A stretch of 64,000 bases of DNA from an uncultured Planctomycetota bacterium (GTDB lineage Bacteria > Planctomycetota > Planctomycetia > Gemmatales > Gemmataceae), in assembly GCA_963849325.1 (NCBI GenBank), contig CAWKHF010000005.1, forward strand, positions 384,001 through 448,000. The letters are read 5' to 3'. The notes under the pieces are model-generated. The model was not told where the DNA came from and made no database searches. It saw nothing but the letters and a program-made list of their open reading frames with translations. Position numbers and translations under genes: made by a program. This document shows, piece by piece, positions 15,382 through 26,232 of this stretch (the first letter of the stretch is position 1; each line of letters opens with the position of its first letter).

Positions 15382-17699
15382 ATGGCGGAGCCGACCAGCA
15401 TCACCACAACCCCTGCCTCCCTTTCGGGGAACCTCGCTCCGGAGGAATCGAAGCACCAGCCGTATGTCCCCGATACCGTGAACATGCCGGAGTTCACCTG
15501 GACAGGCCGTCCTGCTCGGCGCTGGACTCGGCATCCTCTTCGGCGCCTCGTCGCTGTATCTGCTGCTCAAGGTCGGCATGACCGTGTCGGCGTCGGTGCC
15601 CATCGCCGTGCTGTCGATCACGCTGTTCCGCGCCTTCTCGCGGGCCTTCGGCTTTCGCCGGGCGACCATCCTGGAAAACAACATCGTGCAGACGACCGGC
15701 TCGGCCGGCGAGTCGATCGCCTTCGGCGTCGGCGTCACCATGCCGGCGCTGCTGCTGCTCGGCTTCGAGATGGACGTGGTCCGCGTCATGACCGTGTCGG
15801 TGCTGGGCGGACTGCTCGGCATCCTCATGATGATCCCGCTGCGGCGGGCCTTCATCGTCAAGCAGCATGGCAAGCTGACTTATCCCGAGGGGACGGCCTG
15901 CGCCGAAGTGCTGGTCGCCGGCGAGAAGGGCGGGGCCACGGCGCGCATGGTCTTCGTCGGCTTCGGCATCGCGCGCGTGCACAAGTTCTTGACCAAGGCG
16001 TGCAAGCTCTGGGCCGACGAGCCGGCACAACATCTTTACCAGATCGACAAGGGCGTCAAATACGGCCTGCCGGGCGCCGAGGTCAGCGGCGAGTTGGCGC
16101 CGGAGTTGCTCGGCGTCGGCTACCTGATCGGGCCGCGCATCGCCTCGCTGATGATCGCCGGCGCCTTGCTATCGTACTTCGTGATCGGCCCGCTCATCGC
16201 CACCTTCGGCGACAAGCTCCCCGAGCCGGTATCGCCGGCCAAGACGCTGATCCACGACATGGGACCGGGCGACTTGAAGGCCAACTACCTGCGCTACATC
16301 GGCGCCGGCGCCGTGGCGGCCGGCGGCATCATCAGCATGATGCCGCGCGATGCCGCTGATCCTCGCCTCGATCGTCTCCGGTCTGCGCGACCTGCGCGCT
16401 ACGCGCGTCGCCGGCGCCGAGGCCGTCGCCCGCACCGAGCGCGATCTGTCGATGAACGTCGTCCTGTTCGGCAGCCTCGGTCTGGTCGTCCTGCTGATGT
16501 GCGTGCCGGCCCTGGGACTGGGCTTCAGCTTCCAGGGATTGCTCGGCGCCCTGATGATCCTGCTGTTCGGCTTCCTGTTCGTCACCGTCTCGTCGCGGCT
16601 GACCGGCGAGGTCGGCTCGTCGTCCAACCCGATCTCCGGCATGACCATCGCCACGCTGCTGATGACGTGCCTGATCTTCCTGGCCCTGGGCCGCATCGGC
16701 CCGTCGGCGATGCTGACGGCGCTGACGGTGGCGGCGGTGGTGTGCATCGCCTCGTCCAACGGCGGCACCACGTCGCAGGACCTCAAGACCGGCTACCTGG
16801 TCGGGGCCACGCCGCGCAAGCAGCAATTGGCCATCCTGGTCGGCGCCCTGACCTCGGCTGTGGTGATCGGCGTGACCATGCTCGCCCTCGACGCCGCCGG
16901 CACCCATTACACCAACCAAGAGCTGCCAAAGAGCAAATTCGTCATCCCTCCGGACGCTCCGCGCGAACGGGCCGGCAAGCCCCACGAGGACGATGTCAAC
17001 GAATATCACGTCGTTCACGTCCGCGAGAGAACGACGAGCAACAATCCCGAGGTAACGCCGGGCCGCTATCTCGTCAAGGACGGATGGTTCGCCGGCGTAT
17101 CGAACCGATATGCCGATCAATCGCAAACGGCCCAAGATGGACAACGGTCAGGATGCCCCCGAGGCGTTCGCCGCTCCGCAGCCGCAGCTGTTCGCCCTGC
17201 TCATCGAGGGCATCCTCGGCGGCAAGCTCGAATGGGGCCTGGTCGTCATCGGCGTGCTTGATCGCCGTGGCGCTGGAGCTGGCGGGGGTGTCGGCGCTGC
17301 CGTTCGCGGTCGGCATGTATCTGCCGCTCAGCGCCACGACGCCGATCTTCGTCGGCGGCATGTTGCGCTGGCTGGCGGACCGGCTGCGCGGCCGGTCGGC
17401 GTCCGAGGCCGAGACGGAAACCAGTCCCGGCGTGCTGCTGTCCAGCGGCTACATCGCCGGCGGGACGCTGTGCGGTCTGGTCATCGCCTTCTTCGTGTTT
17501 CTGCCGGATAGCTTCAACCAAACCCTGGACCTCAGCCGCTTCCTGGGCGACGGAATACGTGCGAAAGGCGCGGCCGAGCCGAAGCGGGTCGCGCTGCTGA
17601 TGTTTCTCGATTCTGGCGGCCGTGTTGTTGTGGGTAGGAGTGCGCAGGGCGCCCGTGGAGGACGATGCGGCCGGGACATCGAATCACTCTTCCGTTTAG
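15382..17699 (+). CDS. OPT-family oligopeptide transporter (several frameshifts)
   Basis: LENNIVQTTGSAGES, YPEGTACAEVL, SSNPISGMTIATL, QDLKTGYLVGATP, FAVGMYLP. Confidence 0.9.
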
Positions 17700-17757
17700 C
17701 CGCGACGCGCAGCGGAGCGCGCTCGCGCTCCGCTGCGCGTCGCGGCTAAACGGAAGA
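17688..17757. repeat. REP-like palindrome family B (second copy 23955-24017)
   Basis: GTTTAGCCGCGACGCGCAGCGGAGCGCG arm with reverse complement, present twice. Confidence 0.85.
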
Positions 17758-17787
17758 CTCCTTCTTCTCCTGGAGAGGATCTCTGTC

Positions 17788-19877
17788 ATGAAGATTCTGC
17801 TATTGGCGACGCTGATCGGAACGGGCCTGCTGCTGACCGCCGTGCCCGTCGTCTTCGGCGACGAGGGCATGTGGCTGTTCAACAACCCGCCGCGTCCGCA
17901 ACCTCAAGAAGCACTACGACTTCGACATCACGCCCGACTGGCTCGAACACGTGCAGAAGTCGTCGGTGCGCTTCAACAGCGGCGGCTCCGGCTCGTTCGT
18001 CTCGGCCGACGGCCTGGTGATGACCAACCACCACGTCGGCGCCGACTGCCTGCAGAAGATCAGCGACAAGGAGCACAACTACGTACCGCGACGGCTTCCA
18101 CGCCCGCACCGGGGCCGAGGAACGCAAGTGCGACGACCTGGAACTGAACGTCCTCATGAGCATCGAGGACGTGACCGAGCGCGTCAAGGCGGCGGTCAAG
18201 CCGGATATGACAGCCGGCCGAAGGCGTTCGCCGCCCGCCGCGCCGTCATGGCCGAGATCGAGAAGGAATCGCTCGACAAGACCGGCCTGCGCAGCGACGT
18301 CGTCACGCTCTACCAGGGCGGACAGTATCACCTTTATCGCTTCAAAAAGTACACCGACGTGCGTCTGGTCTTCGCCCCGGAGCAGCAGATCGCCTTCTAC
18401 GGCGGCGACCCGGACAACTTCGAGTATCCGCGCTACGACCTCGACGTTTGCTTCTTCCGCGTCTACGAGAACGGCAAGCCGGCCCGGATCGAGCACTATC
18501 TGAAGTGGAGCAAGGCCGGTGCGAAGAAGGACGAACTGGTGTTCGTCTCCGGCCATCCCGGCCGCACCGACCGCCTGGCGACGCTGGCCGAGCTGGACTA
18601 TCTGCGCGACACCGGCTTCCCGTTCCTGCTGCAGCGGCTGAACCGCTGGGAAGTGCTGCTGCTGGCGTTCAGCGGCCGCAGCGAGGAGAACGCTCGACAG
18701 GCCAAGGAACTGCTATTCGGCGTGCAGAACAGCCGCAAGGCCCGCGTCGGCGGCCTGGCCGGCCTGCTCGATCCGCAGCTGATGGCTCGCAAGAAAGCAG
18801 CAGGAAAAGAGACTGCGAGCCAAGGCCGCCGAGGATGAATCCCTCAAGGACACGCGCACCGCCTGGGACCGCATCGCCAAGGCGCAGAAGGTCCGCGCCG
18901 CCAACATTCGTCCGCTACACCATGCTCGAAGCCGGCGCCGGCTTCAACAGCGAGTTGTTCGGCATCGCCCGCACGCTGCTGCGCGCCGCCGCGGAGAAGG
19001 CCAAGCCCAACGCCCAGCGTCTGCGCGAGTTCCGCGACTCCAACCTCGAATCGCTGGAACTTCAGCTCTTTTCGACGGCGCCCGATCTACGACAACTACG
19101 AGAAGGTCAAGCTGGCCGACGCTCTGACCTTCCTGGCCGGCGAACTGGGCTACGACAACGCGCTGGTGAAGAAAGTGCTGGCCGGCAAATCGCCGCGGAA
19201 CGCGCCTACGAGCTGGTCAACGGCACCAAGGTCAAGCGGGTGGCGTTCCGCAAGAAGCTGTACGAGGGCGGCAAGGAGGCGGTGGACGACGCCAACGACC
19301 CGATGATCGAGCTGGCCCGCCTGGTCGATCCCGAGGCGCGGGCGGTGCGCAAGGTCATCGAGAGCGAGGTCGAGGAGGTGCAGCGGCAGGCCTACGCCGA
19401 GATCGCCAAGGTCAAGTTCGCCCTGGAGGGCACCAACACCTACCCCGACGCGACCTTCACGCTGCGGCTGGCGTTCGGCAGGTCAAGGGCTACGAGGAGG
19501 ACGGCAAGCACGTGCCGTTCGAGACGACCTTCGCCGGCCTGTACGAGCGGGCCAAGGAGAAGAACAACCGGCCGCCGTTCGACCTGCCGCCGCGCTGGGT
19601 CGAGAAAAAGGACAAGCTGAACCTGAAGACGCCGTTCAATTTCGTCTGCACGGCCGACATCATCGGCGGCAACTCGGGCAGTCCGGTCATCAACCGGCAA
19701 GCCGAGGTGGTGGGCCTGATCTTCGACGGCAACATCCAGTCGCTGGTGCTGGACTTCGTCTACAGCGACGAGCAGGCCCGCGCCGTGTCGGTCCACTCGG
19801 CCGGCATCGTCGAGGCGCTGCGCCAGGTCTACGACGCCGACGAGCTGGCCGACGAGCTGACGGGACGGAAGAAGTAG
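17788..19877 (+). CDS. S46 family dipeptidyl peptidase (frameshifted)
   Basis: Signal peptide, DEGMW, MTNHHV, GGDPDNFEYPRY, DIIGGNSGSPV, GLIFDGN. Confidence 0.92.
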
Positions 19878-19886
19878 AGGCGTCGT

Positions 19887-19918
19887 TCGGGACTCGTAGC
19901 GTACGCTACGAGTCCCGA
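19887..19918. repeat. Perfect 32-bp palindrome downstream of the peptidase
   Basis: TCGGGACTCGTAGCGT|ACGCTACGAGTCCCGA. Confidence 0.85.
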
Positions 19919-20014
19919 CGAAATCGGGTGAGCACGTCTGCTCGGACGCCCGACACGTCCTCCATTCTGCTAGACTGTATTGGTGATGATTTTCCCTTTG
20001 AAATGGGAGCCGCT

Positions 20015-20290
20015 ATGACGTTCCCCGTGATCGTTCATCCTTCGCACGGTCAATTTGAAGCCGCACTCGTTGGTGCGCCCGACGTATGCGCTACGGCTGC
20101 GACACGCGAAGAAGCGCTCGCCGCACTGGAAACGGCGATTGCGCGGCGACTGGATCAGGGTGAGCTGGTCGCGCTGGAAGTTCGCCGCCGCGGTTTGGCC
20201 GGGTTATTTGGGAGATACCGCGACGATCCCACCTTGCGCGAAATCTGTCAAGCGGTCTACCAAGAGCGCGATGCCGACGTGCGGGAATGA
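20015..20290 (+). CDS. Putative antitoxin, HicB N-terminal-like fold
   Basis: FPVIV..GQFEA..G.PD..ATAATREEAL pattern; ATGA overlap with the PIN gene. Confidence 0.65.
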   Translation: MTFPVIVHPSHGQFEAALVGAPDVCATAATREEALAALETAIARRLDQGELVALEVRRRGLAGLFGRYRDDPTLREICQAVYQERDADVRE

Positions 20291-20706
20291 AAGCGTTCGA
20301 CACCGACATTCTGACGGAAATCCTGGCGGGCAATCCGGCCTACGCCGAGCGAATCGCAAAGGTTGCGGTCGTTGAGCAGGCGGTGCCGATTGTCGCCGTC
20401 GAGGAAATTCTCCGCGGCCGACTCAACGCCATCCGCCAAGCGGAAGCCGCCAAAGCGAAAATCACGATTGAACAAGCTTATATGCTGTTCGAGCCAACGC
20501 TGGCCGACATCCGCGAGGTGAAGGTTCTTTCGTTTACCGAGCAGGCGGAGGGGTTGCGGAACGAATGGCGGAAATTGAAAATCCGAGGGTCCACGCACGA
20601 TCTGCGTATAGCCGCGATTTGCGTGGTGAACGCGGCCACGTTGGTCACGCGCAATCGCCGTGACTTCCAGAACATTCCAGGACTCGCGGTTGAATTTTGG
20701 GAATAG
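20287..20706 (+). CDS. vapC: PIN-domain (VapC) toxin
   Basis: FDTDIL, VEEIL, DLRIAAI, LVTRNRRDF. Confidence 0.9.
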   Translation: MKAFDTDILTEILAGNPAYAERIAKVAVVEQAVPIVAVEEILRGRLNAIRQAEAAKAKITIEQAYMLFEPTLADIREVKVLSFTEQAEGLRNEWRKLKIRGSTHDLRIAAICVVNAATLVTRNRRDFQNIPGLAVEFWE

Positions 20707-21102
20707 CCAGCTCCCCCCGCTCGCCTTTCTCGTTCTGCCTCATCCGCCATCAGCGCACGCATCAACGCTGAGCAATCCATTCGCGCACGCCGGCCGTCCC
20801 GCCGTCGCTTTGATGGCGTAAGTACCTGAATGACAGATGGTTCAAGCAATCGGAGTGCCGGTCTTTCCGCCCGGCACGTCACTTGCCTTTACCAATGCTC
20901 AACCTCTCCCGGCGGAGCATACTCATCCGGATTACCTGAACAGGTAACGCCTTTTTCATATGAGTATGCCTACAATGCCTGGCCCTCCGAAGGATGTCAG
21001 GAACCTGCCACCCATGCTCTCTCCGCTGCCGGCTGGGCGACCCGTTGACGCGAAAGGGCTCGCCAGCGCCCGGACCCCGAAAGTCTACTTGGGAGACCTC
21101 CA

Positions 21103-21591
21103 ATGAAATGGATGAGCCGCACGTTCGGTAGCGCCTTCGTTTTCGCCGCCCTGTTGCTGAGCTTCTCCGATCTGCCCGTCGAAGGGATGGTTGATCTGCT
21201 GCTCCAGGCGGACCCGTCCGCGGATCGCATCTCGCTGGTCGAGGAGCAGCGCCGGAGCGTCCAGCTGGCGGAGGAGTCCACCATCGTCCTCGCGCGCCTC
21301 CGCAACAAGGACCGGATCTCGCAGCAGGTGATCGCGGGAGACCTGACCCTGTTGCAGGCGGCGGCCAGGTTCATCGCCCTCAACGACACGCCCGAGAGCC
21401 GCGAAAACCTCCGCCGCGCCTTCCCGGCCCATTCCGAGGGCGAGAGCGTCTGTCTCCAGGTGATGAAGTGGGTCGAGAGCGAGGCCCGCTTGCGGGCGTC
21501 GCCCAGTCAGGCCGAGGCGGTCTGCCGTCGTTTGCAAGAGGAGCTGTGCGCGCATCTGGAATATCACGGCACCGTAACACTGTCGGAGTGA
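21103..21591 (+). CDS. Hypothetical protein with N-terminal hydrophobic helix
   Basis: 162-aa ORF with upstream GGAG. Confidence 0.6.
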   Translation: MKWMSRTFGSAFVFAALLLSFSDLPVEGMVDLLLQADPSADRISLVEEQRRSVQLAEESTIVLARLRNKDRISQQVIAGDLTLLQAAARFIALNDTPESRENLRRAFPAHSEGESVCLQVMKWVESEARLRASPSQAEAVCRRLQEELCAHLEYHGTVTLSE

Positions 21592-22666
21592 GACGGCGGC
21601 GATTCCGCCAGCCAGGGCCGAACGACCTCGCGGCCGAAGCGTGTACTAAACGGCGTGGCCGCACGCGGCAGCACGTGGGTCAGGTCGAAGAAATCGTCGT
21701 CCGGCACCCAGTCGCGGGTATCGAGGATGGCGAGGTGGTAGGTGTCGGCCAGTTGCTTCAGGTATGCCTGGAGACGTTGCCGAGTCGCCGGGGGATAGCA
21801 GGCGCGGAGGACGCTGTGTTCGGGCATGAGCAGCAGGGCGGCGCGGACGTGGCGCCGGCTACACTCGTCGAGCAGTTCGTGCAGGGCGCGGTCGGCCACC
21901 GGCTTGACCTGGAATTGTTCGAGGATGGGGCGCATCTGCCGGCGGACGTCCTCAATGCGGCGCTGGAAATCCTGCGGCGAGCCGCGCTCCGACGGGGCCG
22001 GCAGCCAGCCCAGCTCCTTCGGCTCGCGCCGGCCACAGTCGGGCCAGAACACGATCGGCCCTTCGTGACGCGGCAGCAACACCGGAGCGTAGCGATCCAG
22101 GACGCGGGCACGATGGCATAGCACCGGCGCGAAGCCTTCGCGGAGCAGCTGCGTCAGCCCCGCCGCCCGCGCCGCGAAATAGCGGTACACAAACGGCCCA
22201 TCGATCCACTCCAGTCCGCGAGCCGTGAGGAAGCTCTCTTCCGCGAAGCCGGCCTCCTGCGTCAGCATCGCCGGAAAGACCTCGATCAACACCGAGTCCG
22301 GCCGTACTCCCGCGGCCAGGACGCGGCGGAAGACGAGCAGTTCGTGCAGCGGTCCTCCCCACAACAGCGCGGCGTTGAAGACCGTCGGCGTCGCGGCGGC
22401 GTCGCCGAGCAAGGGATTGAGGACGGTGGGCCGGATGGCGTTGGCCGGACGCGAGCTGCCCAGGACCAGGACCAGCGGCCGGCCGGGCGTCTCGGCCACG
22501 CGCGCCGCAGGCTGGTCAGGACCGAGCTGAATTCGGGATCGCGCAGCTCGGGATGACGATGACCCAGCCAGAACCCTAGGGCGAGCTGGCAGCACGCGAA
22601 CAGTACGAGCGTCCACAGCACCGCCGCCCGTCCCCGCGGCGCCGGGCTGAGAAAGAGCCGCGACAT
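21564..22666 (-). CDS. Membrane-anchored SGNH-like (DUF1574-like) protein (frameshift ~22510)
   Basis: N-terminal TM, LVLGSSR, FNAAL, FFDLTH. Confidence 0.6.
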
Positions 22667-22756
22667 GACAGCACCTCCCGGATACCGACCCGAATCGGGA
22701 GGGGATAATCCGAGGCACCAGTCCTGTCAATGCCAGTTCCGATCGGCCAATGGTCC

Positions 22757-23941
22757 TCAACGCTTGATCGTCTTCGGCACGGGGTCGGTGGCGAACGGCC
22801 AATCTACCGGCTGATACTTGATGCCCAGGTGCGGCGTCTCGACGCGGCGATGCTTCTCGGCCCGGCTCGTCATCACCGCGTCGAGAATGCCGGTGGTCAG
22901 CAGCGTCCGCTCGACGGGGTAGGCGGCGTGTCCGGTCTGCATCATGGAGTCGATGGCCCTGACGAGATAGGCGAAGTGGCCGAACGGATCGGGATGCTGC
23001 AAATAGAAATGCGTGGCAACCGGCTTATCGCGGCCCTTGAGTCGGCCGGCGAAGATGAAGGCGCCGCCGTCGCCCTCGTGGATCCAGCCGTTGGGCATCA
23101 GGACCGCCGCTCGGAAGCCGTCGCGGTACTCGATGAGAAACAGTCCGGCGTCCTTCGCCTTCGATGTCGTCTCGCGGATGTCGGTCCTGGCGTGCGCCGG
23201 CACCAGCGCCGACGCCGCCTCCAGCAGCGGCTTCGACCAGCGGCCCTCGTCCAGCGCCTGCCACATGGCCGCGCCTTGCAAACACTGCACGGCGCGGACG
23301 CCGGTCTCGCCGCCCTTGCGGCGCTCGGCCATGCACTGCAAGCCCTCCAGGGCGTGGAAACCGTAGCCCTCGAATGGCCCGTAGCCGATCTGCACTGCCT
23401 CGATCAGCGGGCAGTCCTTCGGCAGTTTCAACGGCGGCCGCCGCCACGTCAGCGGCACCGACGAGCCGGCCATCAGCGGCACGAACAGGGCGCGCGATCG
23501 ATCATACATCCATTTCGCGTCGGTCCACGTCGCGGACAAGTGCTTATCACTGAACACCGGCATGGACTTTTTCGACTTCTCGAAGACCTGGCACACTTCC
23601 TCGAAGAAGCGGCGGCGCGGGTAGAGAACTTGGCCGCGCGCGTTCTTCGGATAGTCGCCGTGCTCGCCGATGCACAACACGCCATCCACGGCCAACCCGT
23701 CGCCGCCAAGCGTCAGGGCGCCCGCGATGGTGGGATAGATGGTGAAGCCGTGCTTCTTCGCCAGGTCACGGCTCCTGTCCTTCGCCGGCGTCTGATCGAC
23801 GTACAGGGACACGAGTTTCAGGTTTGGGCCAGCGCCGCCGTCGTGGTTGTACCCTTCGAGGATTTTGCCGACGATGACGTCGGCGTGCGACCAGCGCGTG
23901 TACACGGTGACGACGGCGGCAACTCGTTTGGGTTGGTTCAT
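22757..23941 (-). CDS. Conserved hypothetical protein, oxidoreductase-like
   Basis: Uninterrupted 394-aa ORF; SHADVIVGKILEG, GEHGDYP, FSDKHL, YGFHALE. Confidence 0.7.
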   Translation of the reverse strand: MNQPKRVAAVVTVYTRWSHADVIVGKILEGYNHDGGAGPNLKLVSLYVDQTPAKDRSRDLAKKHGFTIYPTIAGALTLGGDGLAVDGVLCIGEHGDYPKNARGQVLYPRRRFFEEVCQVFEKSKKSMPVFSDKHLSATWTDAKWMYDRSRALFVPLMAGSSVPLTWRRPPLKLPKDCPLIEAVQIGYGPFEGYGFHALEGLQCMAERRKGGETGVRAVQCLQGAAMWQALDEGRWSKPLLEAASALVPAHARTDIRETTSKAKDAGLFLIEYRDGFRAAVLMPNGWIHEGDGGAFIFAGRLKGRDKPVATHFYLQHPDPFGHFAYLVRAIDSMMQTGHAAYPVERTLLTTGILDAVMTSRAEKHRRVETPHLGIKYQPVDWPFATDPVPKTIKR

Positions 23942-24021
23942 AGGCGCTCCCAATGTTTAGCCGCGACGCGCAGCGGAGCGCGGCCGTCCCGCGCTCCGCT
24001 GCGCGTCGCGGCTAAACGAAA

Positions 24022-25017
24022 TCACTCGGCGGGTTGCAGCTTCGGAAAATTCTTCGATACCAAGGTCTCAAACTTCGTATCGGTCTTGCGGACCATGCGG
24101 GCGCTGGCGCCGCGGGACTCGATGATCTTCATGCCCTTTTCCGGCCCAAGCACGGCGGCCACCTTCGTCAGACTATCGGAGTCGATACCTTTTTTCGCCA
24201 CGACTGTCACGCTCATTCGGCCAACCAAGCCAATCCCCGTTCGCGGATCGACAATGTGCGAATAGCGCTTGCCGTCGATCTCGACGAACTGCTCGGCGTC
24301 GCCGGAGGTGGACACGGCGGCGTCGCGCAGGACGAGGCGGCCGGCGTCCTTCTCGCCGGGCAGCGGAGCGATGGCGACCTTCCAGCCCTCGGCGCCGGGC
24401 GGCGGTCCACTGACGGCGATGTCGCCGCCGGCAGCGACGAGAGCGCGGCCCAGTCCGTGCTTGTGCAGCACCGTCAGCGCCTCGTCGGCCGCGTAGCCCT
24501 TGGCGATGCCGCCCAGGTCGAGCAACATGCCCGGCTTGAGCAGCTGCACCGTGCGCGCCTTCTCGTCCAGGCGGACGTTGCGCCAGCCGACCAGGGCGCG
24601 AGCCTCGGCCAACTTCTCGGTGTCGGGCAACTTCTTCTGCTTGCGCGCCTTGCGCCACAGACGCACCACCGGGCCGACTGTCACGTCGAATGCGCCATCG
24701 GATTGTCGGGACACTTCCTGCGCACGGGATAGAACAAAGAACAGTTCGGCGCTGACCGGCACGGGCGGCCCGCCGGCGCGGGTACACAAGCGCATCAATT
24801 CGCTGGTTGGATCGTAGTCGCTCATGGTAGCATTGAGGGACGCGATGCGAGCGAAGGCGTCCCGGACAGCGCGGTCGGCCATGTCCCTGTCCGGCGCGTA
24901 AACGAGGATTCGGAACCGCGTACCCATGTGCGGTTCGGTGTAGCTGTAGCGCGACAGGGCGGGTTCCGCCCCTCCCGCCAGCAGGACGGCCAGCAGACCG
25001 AATAGACGCGGACGCAT
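24022..25017 (-). CDS. apbE: FAD:protein FMN transferase ApbE
   Basis: HMGT, GAFDVTVGP, LDLGGIAKGYAAD, AGGDI, STSGD, YSHIVDPRTG. Confidence 0.95.
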   Translation of the reverse strand: MRPRLFGLLAVLLAGGAEPALSRYSYTEPHMGTRFRILVYAPDRDMADRAVRDAFARIASLNATMSDYDPTSELMRLCTRAGGPPVPVSAELFFVLSRAQEVSRQSDGAFDVTVGPVVRLWRKARKQKKLPDTEKLAEARALVGWRNVRLDEKARTVQLLKPGMLLDLGGIAKGYAADEALTVLHKHGLGRALVAAGGDIAVSGPPPGAEGWKVAIAPLPGEKDAGRLVLRDAAVSTSGDAEQFVEIDGKRYSHIVDPRTGIGLVGRMSVTVVAKKGIDSDSLTKVAAVLGPEKGMKIIESRGASARMVRKTDTKFETLVSKNFPKLQPAE

Positions 25018-25071
25018 GGCGTGGACCTCCTCAATCGACAACCTCTGGCAACGTTGTGGAGATTACCACAG

Positions 25072-26108
25072 ATGGGACGACTGTTACAGTTTTCCGTGGC
25101 TGCCAGTCTCGGCGTGCTGGTCCTGGCCCTGGGACGGCCGGGCGAGATCCCCGAGGCGGCGCCGGCCCGCGCCGAAGCGCCGGCGGCGGCGCATCCGTCG
25201 TACACGGAGACCATCCCCGGCACCCAGGCGAAGTTTGAGATGATCGCCATCCCCGGAGGCGAATTCGTCATGGGCAGTCCGGCCACGGAAAAGGACCGCA
25301 AGGACGACGAAGGGCCGCAGCATCCCGTCAAGGTTCGACCGTTCTGGATGGGCAAGTGCGAGGTGACGTGGGACGAGTTCGACCTGTTCTGGCGCGCCAA
25401 GCCGGGCCAGAAAGAGGACAAGGAGCCGGACAATCCCAAGGACGCCGACGCCGTCACGCGACCGACGCCGCCCTACGCCGACGAGACCTTCAAAAAGGGC
25501 CGCGAGGGTCATCCGGTCCTGTGCATCACCTGGCACGCCGCCATGCAGTATTGCCGCTGGTTGTCGGTCAAGACCGGCAAGGCCTACCGTCTGCCGACTG
25601 AGGCCGAGTGGGAGTACGCCTGCCGCGCCGGCACCAAAACGGCCTACTTCTTCGGCGACGATCCCGCCAAGCTCGGCGATTACGCCTGGTTCATGGATAA
25701 TGCCGACGACAAGACGCATCCGGTCGGCAGCAAGAAGCCCAATCCGTGGGGTCTGCACGACATGTACGGCAACGTGTCCGAATGGTGTCTCGACGAATAC
25801 AAGAGCAACGCCTACGCCGGTTTCTCCTCCGACAAGCCGACGCTGGCGCCGGTGGTGCTGCCGGGCGAGAAAGTGTTCCGCGCGCGGTGCGTGGCGGCTC
25901 GTGGGGCGACGAGGCCAAGGACTGCCGCAGCGCCGTCCGGTTGGCCTCGGAGCTGGCCTGGATGGTCCAGGATCCGCAACGGCCGCGCAGCATCTGGTGG
26001 CTGACCGACGCCGATTTCGTTGGGTTTCGTGTGGTCCGTGCTGTCGAGGAACAGGACAATTTGAAGGGCTTCCGCTCGCGGATCACGCGGCAAAGCCCGG
26101 TGGAGTAA
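25072..26108 (+). CDS. Exported FGE/SUMF1-domain protein (frameshift ~25880)
   Basis: IPGGEFVMGS, YRLPTEAEWEYACRAG, PNPWGLHDMYGNVSEW, RGGSW, VGFRVV. Confidence 0.9.
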
Positions 26109-26111
26109 CGC

Positions 26112-26168
26112 TACCAGCCCAGAGCGTCAGCGACGGGGCGGACCCGTCGCTGACGCTCTGGGCTGGTA
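26112..26168. repeat. REP-like palindrome with GCGTCAGC core
   Basis: TACCAGCCCAGAGCGTCAGCGACGGG and reverse complement. Confidence 0.8.
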
Positions 26169-26232
26169 TCCCTGCGTTCCTGGTATGGTGCCGGGCGCAG
26201 GGCCAATCCTTTCGCACCAGGAGAGACACGAG

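Noticed and set aside
21030-21070. c-di-GMP riboswitch-like GACGCGAAAG
   Set aside because: The remaining consensus elements are absent
25072-26108. FGE-domain gene as a DGR target
   Set aside because: No template repeat or RT found in the window
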